Source: Callorhinchus milii
Lineage: Eukaryota
Length of the DNA stretch: 64,000 nucleotides
Direction: 5' to 3'
Assembly: GCF_018977255.1 (NCBI RefSeq)
Contig: NW_024704759.1
Span: 11,470,001-11,534,000, forward strand
Below the pieces are notes generated by a model. That model had not been told where the DNA came from and did no database searches. It saw only the letters and a list, made by a program, of their open reading frames with translations. This document shows, piece after piece, positions 1-22,950 of this stretch; position 1 is the first letter of the stretch, and each line of letters begins with the position of its first letter. The position numbers and the translations under genes were made by a program.

Positions 1-11706
<11,706 letters not shown>

Positions 11707-12754
11707 ACTTCCAAGACCTCACTGGGTATATTTGATAATTCAACTCTTGTTGGTTGGACTGTGGGGTTGAGTTGATCGAGGGAGATTGACACCTTCTCCG
11801 GGAGCCCAGCTAACGTCCTTCACTGTGTTGGTCATCAGTGTGTGTCTGAGGGGGAATGGGTTGGGGGTTGTGTGTGTGGGGGTTGAGGGGTGGGGGGTGG
11901 GGTGATGCATTTGAGATGGGGGTCTTTTCCAATGAACTTTAGATCACAATTTTAAACCAGAAGCCACTGCCGTACTAAGACATAAAACAGCAATTTATCC
12001 ACATCCAACAATTTCCCGTAGATCTTAAACTTCACTCTTCGGTCATTTCAAGAAATGAACAGGATCAAGAACTCAATATTCTTGAACCAGGACTTTAGTC
12101 AAATAATCAACCAGAAACCAACCCAATAATCAACCGAGCTTCCCATCAAGCAACGAGACTCATCTTAAATGAAAATGTAAGATGAAGCACTCCGGGACGT
12201 TACCCCATGTGAAGGGCGCTATATAAATGCAAGTGGTGGTTGTTGTTGTTGAAAATATTGTATTCACCCTATGTTCATTATTATACATTCAGTATCAGAT
12301 ATTTGAGACAGAATCAGTTCTCAGAACAATTTAAAATAAAATTGTGCCTAATTGGCCACTTGGGGGAGGTTTGTATGCTCAGTCCAAATCGTTTCCTCAG
12401 GAAACCTTTAACTTGTCCATTACATTAGAGCAAACTGGGCAGAATTTACTCCATAAATGTTGTTCTTGTCTCTATTCCCAAGAGCTTGGCTCAGTGAGTA
12501 GCAGAGGTTCATCTCAGAAATGTTTAATGTTTGCTTCGTGCAAATTGAATTTGTGCTGTTGCAGCACGTGGGTTTTTACCAATATTGCTAGAACAGTTCT
12601 ACAATGCCTGTTCCCACGTTTTGTTAAAAATGTGGGTTTCTAAAAATGACAAAGCACTGAAATTTTACGGTTTTTCAAATCAGCTTCAAACCCAAACCGG
12701 TCTGAGTCAGCTATGAGTGGGTTAAAGAAATGTGGCTTCGAACACGCTCGGCTG

Positions 12755-12818
12755 CAAATGTTCCTGTGTGCCTTGTATCAGGGTGTGCTGCGTGATACAA
12801 GGCACACAGTAACATTTG
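12755..12818. repeat. Hairpin with a 26-bp stem (1 mismatch) and 12-nt loop
   Basis: CAAATGTTCCTGTGTGCCTTGTATCA / TGATACAAGGCACACAGTAACATTTG. Confidence 0.85.
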
Positions 12819-12829
12819 TGCGCTGAAAT

Positions 12830-13305
12830 ACTGAATGCTGTTGCGGGTTTTTTTTAAAAGGGCGACAGCAGAAGGTGGAGGGTTGGAAAGCATCAACTTT
12901 TCCTGTGTCCATGTCATAACAAGTTTAACAAAACCTGCACACGTACATTTTCTACTTGATTTACTGTTAATTCATCTACTCTACATACATACTGAAGATA
13001 TCCTTATCGCTCTCTCTCAGTCACCCTTTGTTACATTTTATTTGGTAAATGTTCTGGTTAAGGGAGGCTAGGAACCGCAAATTTGCACCAATGTGACAAC
13101 TTGAATGTCAACCGTGGGTTGTGGGCCTCAAGTTTTATTGAAAAAAACATATTTTGGGGTTTCTGCTTTCTCGTCAGTACATCATCAATATTGCACTGGT
13201 CGCAGTTATTTCAAGATTGTGCACTGCCAACCTTACGTATCAAAGGAGAGACGCAGCAACTGGTCAAATAGTGACATGTGAGCAGTGTCCACCAGGGACA
13301 TTTGT
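12830..13305 (+). pseudogene. TNFRSF6B: Partial duplicate of TNFRSF6B intron 1 (3' part) and the start of exon 2
   Basis: 13178-13305 matches 18132-18259 with 2 substitutions. The upstream intronic sequence aligns, with more divergence, to about 17550-18131. Truncated by a retroposon 3' tail at 13306. Confidence 0.9.
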
Positions 13306-13688
13306 AAAGCGCCTTTCACGTCGGGAGGATTCAACCAAACTGAGAATTCCAGTTGCATCCCATTTACTCATGGAAATTCCAGAGATAAATTGTTTATTTG
13401 CTGTGGAGTACTGCGGACACGCCTGACTCAGCAACCGGGTTACTCGGGGCTGGCTCGAGTGTGACGTTCCGTTGCCGAACACATCATCTTGGAGCTGGTT
13501 CAGCACCAAGGAGACTCGCTTATATTCCAAGGAGACCTCGATTCCAGTAAAAGGGGGTGGGAACCCATTGGCTTTTAAGATTGTTTCTGGAATCGGGTTG
13601 AATCTAGAAGAGCTGCTTGACTGTTTCTCAATGGTACCATGTGCTATTAAGTCTTGGCAATCAATTTCTTTTATCTTTTTTGCAATAG

Positions 13689-14236
13689 AAACCTTAAACT
13701 TTCTGGGTAACTGGGTTCTTAGTAGAAGAATTGGTGCCATTTAAACGTCAAGCCTGTGAATTCACCTGCTGCAGGGCTCGAACCAATTTGTAAAGGTCAG
13801 ACGAGCTTGGCAATATATATTTGAAAAGAGCCTGATCAACAAATTTAGTTCAAACTGCTTAGTTTGCAGATAAAGAGGGCGAGGAAGGATAACTCCACAA
13901 TTTACAAAGGAAACTTCACGACTGGAAAAGTTACCAGAAATGTTACCATCTGCTGAGGTTCAGTTTCATTCAAAAGGTTTATAAAGTAAAAAAGACCCAG
14001 TTTGACACAGTCTGAAGCACGGGAAAGCCATGTTCATTTAAACATTGGCAATCCTATCATCTTTACAGAAAAGTAAAAAGTGTCCAGGGAGCAAAGGAAC
14101 CATCGGCAGAAGGTACCTGAAGCAAGTTTTCTTTTATAATAAAATTCTGCTTGTGAAGCGACAGACAGGCTCTTATCAAAAGATATTGTTTGTAGACCTT
14201 GGCCCTGAAGACACTTTGTCTCCCAGGAAATATTAG
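13689..14236 (+). pseudogene. RTEL1: Degenerate RTEL1 C4C4 RING-finger exons (13689-13795 and 14069-14236)
   Basis: Pyrimidine tract + AG before 13689, donor AAG|GTCAGA after 13795, acceptor CTTTACAG before 14069. Relic peptides EELVPFKRQACEFTCCRA and KSKKCPGSKGTIGRRYLKQVFF resemble the recalled human RTEL1 long-isoform tail EDVVPFQCPACDFQRCQAC..ASRMCPAC..MQVFW. Frameshifts, an in-frame stop and Cys losses are present. AATAAA at 14138 and 14468. Confidence 0.75.
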
Positions 14237-16404
14237 TATGAAATGTATGGGTTCTGCACAATCAAGGTTAGGAACTGGTCTACGTGAAATCATGCCACGA
14301 ACCAGAAAATATTATTAGTACTTTTACTTCTGTATGAATGTTATTTAAACTTTTTTAAAAGAAGACAATATTTGACAATATAACTTTGCAATCAAGACAA
14401 TTAAAGTTGCACACATGTTTTTACCAGATATGAAGATTATGCTGTAAATACACATTAAGGATATGTGAATAAAAAACATTTGACAAGCACTATTGTACAA
14501 GTGTGATTAATATGTGTTTTTTAAAGACCAGTGCCATGGAGGTAAGTTCACGTGCAGATTTGAATTCGCATTGCACCCGAGTTCCTGATCCTAATCACAC
14601 TGCTGCCGTATAATGTTCTATTTTATGGGCAATAATTATCAGATTAAATAGAAATGTTATGGAAATATTCTGATTCGTGGAAACCCACGGAAATTCTTGG
14701 TTAGTGTATGATCTATATATCTTCAGGTTCTTCTTTGAAATGTTTAATGTTTGTTTTACACAGGTTGATTTTGCATAGTTGCAGTGTATGGGTTTTTAAC
14801 CATATTGCTCGACCAGTTCTGCAATACTGGGTCACACCATTCTTGTTAAAAGAGTTGGTTTCCCCCAAAAAATCACAAGGCATTGAAAATTTAAGAGGTT
14901 TTTCAAATTAGCCCCAAATCCAAACTTTTTGAGGGTTTTTCAAGGTTTTTGCTGCTTCACAAAAGTATGCAGCTCATTTAGTATTATTCATCCACCGAAA
15001 TTCAATTCTAAACTTATTTTAACTTAATTAATAATAATCCTTGCATTTGATATAACACTTCCCACATCAAGAGACTGTCTGTAATTGCTTCACAGGAATT
15101 TATTGTAAAGTGACCAGTACATTTGTAGGCAGACTTTTTTGTATATAAAATCCAGGAGAATCTAAATAAAACTGCAAAACCAGATATAAAATCGGATTAA
15201 CATTTAAGAAGGGAAAACCGGTAATTGTTCAGAAATTCCTGGTTTACTCTTTGCCTGAATTGTGTTGGGTGACTGGATAACTTTTAAAAATATTACATCC
15301 CCAATTAAGATACAGCTGGTTTCCTAACCATTTCATTGATATTGGAAACGGTTTAAAATAAACCTTCAGGATTTAATGAATAGAATACGGTCTTTTTGTT
15401 AAAAATACTGTATATTGATTGGCATTGGCCATCACAACTCAACAGTTAGTGCAGTTAATGAACTGAAATAGTTCACAGTAATTTTGATTATAGCTGTAGC
15501 AATTGACAATTTTAAAAAAATCTGGAAGAACTTATGCATGATCATCAAAGTATATTAAAATGCATTTGATTGAACAGGTGTGAGGGTGTATTTAAAATAG
15601 AATAATCCTTGCATTTTATATCACGCCTTATCATTGTCTAGATGTCTCAAAGAGCTTCACAAGTGGTGTGACTGTTTTGTGGGTCATCACAACAGCCCAT
15701 TTGCCCACAGTGACAGTCATGGAATGAGTGATCAATTGTTTTTTTGGGGGGTGGAGGGGCAATTGTTAGCCAAGACTCAAAAGAGAGACCTTTTCTCTAT
15801 ATCTAGTGTTAATGAGTCAGTGTGTAAAAAAAGAGAATAGTTTTTTGCATGAGTCATTGTCATTAACGGATGAAGATTACTGGGAAATGTGAGTCATTTT
15901 ATCGATGAAACAGATTAAGTAATATGTATACTTGCATATATTGGTAAATATATTGTATAAATATTGCTAATATAAAATAATTTTATCTGGCAGAAATTTT
16001 CTTTGGTCCATCCTGAAAACAAGAGAAAGGCAAATGGATGTTTTCCAAGCTGGATGGATCCTTTTTTCCATTTGAACAAAACATCTGAATCCGTGTATTT
16101 GCACGTAACACTAAAATACAACTAAAATTTGCATTTTTTATAGCGCCTTCACATCAGGAGGACGTCCCAAGGCAGTGTAGCACAGCTGGGCATTGATTTA
16201 ATGCAGGGATTTTCAGCCTGATGTGTGTACACCCCTCGGGATTTCTCTAAGCGTCACAGTGCTTAAGCAGGACGACTTAGAAATGCGAAAGCAAACATAC
16301 AAGGTTGGTGCGTAACTGATGGGCAAGGCAGGAGGCGGGGGAACTGTTTCCAATTGAATTGTTGCTTGTGATCAGTCACACTTGAGATTCAGCGCGGTCA
16401 GTTC

Positions 16405-16605
16405 AAAAGGAGAGAGGGAAAAAAGAGCCTGAGTCAGAAAGAAAAAGAAAAAACAAGAAAGAGACCGTGAGGAAGAAAGAGAGACCGAAAGATAAAATGA
16501 CAGAGGAAGGGAGGGAGAAAGAGACTGAGAAAGAGACTTGAGAGAAAACGAGACAGGGAGAAAGAAAGGGAAAGAGAAAGGAGACAGAGAAAAAGATACA
16601 GACAC
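16405..16605 (+). repeat. GA-rich low-complexity purine tract
   Basis: Almost entirely A/G for about 200 bp. Confidence 0.8.
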
Positions 16606-16904
16606 ACCGATTCCAAATGTGGAACCATTCAGTGGAACAAAAGTTGTAAAGGGGGTACCTGAGCAGGAATCTTCAGTAGAAGCGGAACTTTTTTTAAAAA
16701 AAGGTTGAAAACCACTGACTCAGCAGATTGTGTAATTTAATACATAGAACGTATTTGGGGGAAGAAGCAGAAAATGTGAATGAAAATAGTAAAGCTTTAA
16801 GTGAAGCAAATCAATAATAACCAGTTTATTTGACATTAGCGCCTTTTCACCGGGAGAGGTATAGCTCAGTTCTTCACAGGAACAATAATAATCTATGATT
16901 GTAA

Positions 16905-17015
16905 TTTCGGGGGAAGTGAGACAGCATTCCCAGATTACTATTAGAGATGGCCACTCATGCTCTGAATCACGTCAGACACCGGAGTGAGTCATAGAAACTC
17001 ACCGTTTATAAGTCG
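16905..17015 (+). promoter_or_regulatory. Putative TNFRSF6B core promoter
   Basis: TATA-like TTATAAG at about 17006, AP-1 site TGAGTCA at 16985-16991, CRE-like CACGTCA near 16968 and ETS-like GGGGAAGT near 16910, all just upstream of the MMLK exon. Confidence 0.5.
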
Positions 17016-17071
17016 TCAGAAACCTCCAGTGGCAGTCACAGCTGTTCACAGCCCTGAACAATCACATCACT

Positions 17072-20000
17072 ATGATGCTGAAGGTAAGCATTGCAAACGC
17101 AATGAAGCCAAGCCAGCCCTGCACTGGAGCCTAGATTGTGTTTTGTTTTAATATTATTTAGATATATATATTGTTCTGTTAAAACACTGTTTGGTGAGCA
17201 GTTGGAAACTCAAGATCCCTGCTTGGCAATTATATTCAATATGTTTCAGGTTGTAAATCACTTTGTTTTATGTCACCACTGACTCCCAGCTGAGCGGGTT
17301 TCGTTTTTATCAATTTGTAGGGAAGTTTATTTCAGAGCTCTTGGAGCCACCAGAACATACGTGGCTGTGTCTGGGATCAGTCGTGACACATTTCTGAGTG
17401 GCACATTTCATAAGTCGTGTGGGTGAGTGCGTGTGCGCGTGCGTGAGTGCGTGTGCGTGCGAGAGCTAAGAATAGCTTGAAAGAATGCAGCTCGTAAGGC
17501 ACTTGATTGCAAATTCCCTGTGTCAGGGAACACGTGTGCATTTTAAGTACTGAACCCTGCAGCAGTTTATTTAAGGGTGTCGGCAGGAGACGGTAACGGG
17601 TTGGGAAGCATTAACTTTTCCTGTAACCGTGTCATAAATCACAAGTTTTTTTTAAAAAAAACCTGCACTTATGCATGGGTACATTTTCTGCTTGATATGC
17701 TGTTCAATCTGCTATAATAACAACAATAATAATCTTTGCATTTGATATAGCGCCTTATCACTTGTTTGAGGTGTCTCAAAGCGCTTCACAGAATATACTG
17801 TAAAGTATAATGACTGTATTTTTGGGCAAAAAGCAGCAGCCAATTGTGCACAGCTGTGTCCCACAAACAGTCATGGATTGAGTGACATACATACATGCCT
17901 GCATACATTTTGTTATAATTATACCATTAACTGTATGTATCCTTCTCAATGTCTCTCAGTCACCACTTGTCACAAAATTTTATTTGGTAAATGTTCTGGT
18001 TAAGGGAGGCTAGGAAGCAGATTATTTTGTGCAGAGTTCGCACTAACGTGACAACTTGAATGTCAAATGTCGGTTGTGGGCCGCAAGTTTTATTAAAAAA
18101 ACACGTTTTGGGGTTTCTGCTTTCTCACCAGTACGTCATCAATATTGCACTGGTCGCAGTTATTTCAAGATTGTGCACTGCCAACCTTACGTATCAAAGG
18201 AGAGACGCAGCAACTGGTCAAATGGTGACATGTGAGCAGTGTCCACCAGGGACATTTGTGAAAACCCACTGCACAAGTGTCCAGCGGACAGTATGCGAAG
18301 GCTGCCCGCAACTACATTACACACAATACTGGAACTATCTCATGAAATGTCGCTACTGTAATGTCTTCTGTGCAGAACATCAGTATGAAAAACACCAGTG
18401 TAATGCTACACACAACCGTGTGTGTGAATGTAAAGCTGGTTATTATTTGGACTTTCAGTTCTGCCTGAAACACTCCAGTTGCCCTCCGAGTTATGGCGTG
18501 GCCGAGTTGGGTAGGTTTAATCTTTCCACTTTTATAAATAGCATTGAATAACCTTCATTTTTAGTTTCATGCAATGTACTTCCACAAAACATTTCTCTCT
18601 GCGAAGCAGTTCTAGAAAATATGTAGGGTTTAGGGTGTTGGGAAGTACATCAATAAAAGAATTGTCAAAGAGATGTCTAACCAGCTGCCAAACTAATCCT
18701 TGTTATTCCTGAAATTCAAAAAAATCATAATATACATCCACCATGAGCAAGAGTAGTACTAATGTTTAATAGTCTCCTCTGTAAATCAACTGCAAGGAAC
18801 CAGGCCATTTCTTGGAATAATTTGCTGTCTTTCCCCCAGAAGAATGACCAGCAAGTACTTTGGGTTAATTCAGTGAGATGCACAAGGAAACAAAATTGCT
18901 GAGTAAATCAATAGTAAAGGAGGACACGGATTGGGAAAATACTGATTCACCATGATGTTATTGGAAGTTTTTTTTAAATTCATAATCAGTCGCATTTTGT
19001 AACAGTGATACCATACACAAACTATTGTTATGAACTGGTTGAAAATAGAATAGGGGAAGTGTCTCCAACAGAACTTGTGGTAACGCAAATGCCTAGTTAC
19101 TGAGAAATTTCAGAGTGGTTTAAAAACTACTGCCTCTGTCTACCTTTTGCATGTTAAATGGGTCTGGAAGCTAAAGTGGGCTCAAGTAACAAGTGGTTTA
19201 TGTCTGAGCCCAAACCATTTTTACCTATTAGTGGATATTTAATCATATTTAATATTTAATAATATTTAACCAATATCAATTGGTCAATTTTTAATATTTA
19301 ATAATATTTAACCAATATCAATTGGTCAAACAGGGAGATGGGCCTCTTGAGAAGACAGCCAAAATATCTGAAGGATCTGACTTTTTGAACTGTGGGTAAA
19401 ATTTGTGTAAAGGATTTCCTGTGAATGAATACTCGTTAAAATTAGAATGTCTGGCCATTTGACTCGAATATAATAAATTGTTGACACGAATCACACAAGA
19501 AAATCAATTGGCAACAGCAAAGTAAAATCAGCGGTTTGATTTCATTTCGAATTATTTTATTAGTGTAAGTTAAAGTCTTCGCAACCAACAATATTTGTGC
19601 ACTTTGTTTTTCTAGGAACTGCGTACGCTGACACAAAATGTGAAAAGTGTAGCAAGACTTCCTTTTCTTCCACGAGCTCCAGTACAGAGACTTGCATTGC
19701 TCACAGGAACTGCACTGCGCAAGATTTGGAGGTCAATGTCCCAGGTGATCGACATCATGACACTCTGTGTACACCATGCAAGAAGCACGAGGATAATAAC
19801 ATTTTTGCAAATACTTCAGGTCGGTGAATTTAAATTGATTGAAATATTGCAATAGCAGAGTACAGTACATCCCCAGCCCACGTAGCTTGCAACATGTATT
19901 AAACATATAATTAAACCATTGTCGTTTTTTTTTCCCAAATACAATGTGAAGTTTAGTTGTGTCTCAATCTACAGGGTGAGGTTGGAACCTTTCTGCCCTT

Positions 20001-20588
20001 GTGCAGAGGACAGTGGTTTGTGAGTGGTGCAGCAAATATAGGCAGCCAGTGAAAGCAAAAGGACACTTAAGATAGATACAAAGGCAATTTTAGTTCATTG
20101 TGGCATTGGGAAATAGCTCAATCAAATCTACGTTTGTGAATTTGAGCAGAAAGCTTACTTATTTTGCTCACAAAATATACAGTCAATTCACTTTACAGTA
20201 TAACCTGTGAAGCCCTTTGAGATGTGATAAGGCGCTATATCAAATGCAAGGTTTATTATTACTTATCGAAATCTAATGGATTATGATTTCTTTTCTTCTG
20301 ACAGCTGTTTCCATCTGTGACGAAGCAATGATAGAGTTTGTGGCATACCAGAAAATCCCACAAAGGAAACTCAAGCGATTCATATTCTTACTTCGAATCC
20401 AAAACACAAGGCAATTCAGAAAAGAACTCCAAGGCCACGGCAAGCCGGAAATTTATGAAATCCTTCATTCTCTTTTGTTAAAGTGGAAGGAAGGGATCAA
20501 AGAAAATGTATTGGAAAACATGACAGATATACTTAAAAAAGCAAAGTTAAAGTCAATTGAAATGAAAGTAAGGGAACGTTTTATGTAA
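17072..20588 (+). CDS. TNFRSF6B: TNFRSF6B / decoy receptor 3 (secreted TNFR of the OPG/DcR3 family), about 292 aa
   Basis: Exons: 17072-17083 (ATG ATG CTG AAG|GTAAGC, MMLK), 18132-18510 (rest of signal peptide + CRDs [43 protein letters not shown]), 19616-19819 ([22 protein letters not shown]), 20305-20588 ([10 protein letters not shown].., basic C-terminus, TAA). No transmembrane segment. Lies between RTEL1 and ARFRP1 as in other vertebrates. The 12-nt first exon is less certain. Confidence 0.9.
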
Positions 20589-21419
20589 AGAAGTAATTAA
20601 CCTCTCAAATTAATCGCAGGGGTAAGGTCAAGAAAACATGTCTCATTTATAGAATCATAGAAATTTACAGAGCAGAAAGAGGCCAATCAAGTCTTCATTG
20701 GCTCTCAGAGCCAAAACTTTATTGCATTTCACTGCCTGCCTTGGCAGGGCATTCCACATCACGAGTTAAACATTTCTCGTATGCTATTTCCACTGAATCC
20801 CTACCCATAGCTGTCAGAACTGACCTATTTCAGTAAATAACAATGTGCACTGCCATTATGCTTTATCTTCCTTTAATGTCCAGCTCCTCTTTATTGACAT
20901 TCTCTGATCTTTGCTACGGTCTGTCCAACTCTCTGTTACTCAATGTCAGGGTTCCTTCTTGGTTCTCAGCTGACCATTTGTTACAAATATGCAGTATTTC
21001 TAAAAACATGTGTTTTTCCTCTGGTACCCTGGATCTAATTTTCCTTTCAAAACTAGAAGCTTAAAATTCTCACTCATTGCAGAGAAATTAGTAAGCAAGA
21101 CATCAAAATACTTTTATTGAAAATACAGAACAGTATTTACAATAAAAGAATCGGGACCAGCTTCTCAGTGTTACTGTGTTGAATATTGAATTCTTATTGA
21201 ATATGATGTGTATTTTTTCACTATTGAAACAAACAATGTTGAATGTTACAATGTACGATTAGAGATGTATTTTATATTTTTTTTACAAAATAAAATTGTC
21301 TGGCAGCTAGAAAAAAAGTTACAGTTGATGTCTACTATATATTAAAACCAGTCCGACAAGAGGTCAATGATGAACGTTGGATACTGATGAATGAATGTTG
21401 GATATTTACTGTCACTGTT

Positions 21420-21760
21420 CGGGGCGAGAGGAGCTGGGTTTGATTCCCGACAGGGTGAAAGGTTGAGCAAGTTTCTTTACTCCACATGCCTCTGTTTACC
21501 TAGCATTAAGTAGGAACCTGGTTATTAGTCGATTGTCGGATCTCTTTTCCGGGGGTAATAATCTCTTCAAAAAAAATTAAATAAAGAATAATAATTTGGT
21601 CACTCAATCCATGACTGTTTGTGGGACACTGCTGTACGCAATTGGCTGCCCCGTTTCGTCCACAAAATATACAGTCAATTTACTTTACACTATATGCTTT
21701 GAGACGTCTCAAAGACGTGATAAGGCTCTATATCAAATGCAGGGATTATTATTATATTAT
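21420..21760 (+). mobile_element. Older tRNA-derived SINE copy
   Basis: Partial head (GGTTTGATTCCC), core CAATTGGCTGCC, tail ATCAAATGCAGGGATTATT. Confidence 0.75.
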
Positions 21761-22249
21761 AATGCCATAAATCAAGAAATAACCAAGAAAAAAACAGAAA
21801 CCAAACATTGATTTAAGAGAAACTCACTTAAGACTAATGTGAGTCATCTCCGGCCTCTAAGAATGAAGTAAACTGGGCACAGAGCTCCATGGAGGGAGTG
21901 TACATCCACTCCAGGCAAAATGGTAGTGTCATACATGTATGGATCTCTGTAATTTGGATTCTTTCAAGCATAGTAATGAGTTTTCACAGGAATCAGAAAC
22001 TTGGATGATCCCTGCAAAAAACAGAACTGTTTGAACCCATTAATACTAGTCTGCAAGAGATTCCAAGAACTCAAAGAACAAAGCTTGGGCTGATACAATT
22101 TACATTTTTGTAGCGTGTTTTGCATCTCGATGATGTTTTGAAGTGACTCACTTTACTGGATGGGCATCTGAGCTGGGCATGAGAGCCAAGGAGTTGGGGA
22201 GCTGATGATTGAAACGTGGTCAAAGAGCTACGTCTTGAAATGGATCTTG

Positions 22250-22565
22250 AATTCATTGATCATCAGTTAAAGATCAGCAAATTTGGACTCTGAGGGACCC
22301 GGTTGCTCCCTTCGCTCAGCATACATCAGCCTGCTTCATGCCCTGTGCGCAATCTGCCCCACTGTTGATGGAAAGAGCAAGTTGGAGGGACTCCGGGATG
22401 GAGTTTCAAAGAGCAGGGACACAATGGCTGAAAACCACCACCCCTCCATTTATAGTGGGACAGATTGGACAGGAAACATGAATCAGGCTGATGCAACCTG
22501 AGTAAAGGGCGACCGGGTTCCTCAAAGTCCAAATTTGCTGATCTTTAACTGATGCTAAATGAATT
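22250..22565. mobile_element. MITE-like element with 50-60 bp terminal inverted repeats
   Basis: CATCAGTTAAAGATCAGCAAATTTGGACT.. from 22261 is the reverse complement of ..AGTCCAAATTTGCTGATCTTTAACTGATG ending at 22554. Non-coding interior of about 190 bp. Confidence 0.6.
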
Positions 22566-22950
22566 TCTAGTTAATATATAGGTTTCCTCCTATCTGAGAA
22601 AAAATGTTTGGACTAAACATTTCCCACCTCAGGTAACTTAAAACATCATTATACTTGGCTACTTTTTCTGAGAAAACCGGCAATGTTTTTAAACAAGTGA
22701 AGTTCCGAAACACCAGAAAAAAGATTTTTTAAAATTTTATCTATTAAACACGACTAAGCAAATTTAAAAATAGAAAGTTTGCACTAGACGCAATCGTTAA
22801 GAGAAACTGCAGAAAGTAGAAGAGTAGGCAACACGTGTTGTGTCAAGTTCCACAGGAAGCAAAACCCTTTAGTCATACTCCAACAGTCATTAATCATGCT
22901 CCAGGTCTCTGTTTTTCACCTATCGTCTATAGCTGCACATAGTATTTTAA

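Noticed and set aside
13264-13740. 158-aa minus-strand ORF as a novel gene
   Set aside because: It is a patchwork of antisense RING-exon relic, a dispersed repeat fragment, a retroposon tail and antisense TNFRSF6B copy. No recognisable domain.
18060-18131. N-terminal extension MSNVGCGPQ.. of TNFRSF6B
   Set aside because: It ends in a polypyrimidine tract + CAG acceptor, and an upstream MMLK exon gives a better signal peptide.
19248-19329. About 41-bp direct repeat as a CRISPR-like or regulatory array
   Set aside because: Only two adjacent AT-rich copies in an intron; simple slippage duplication in eukaryotic DNA.
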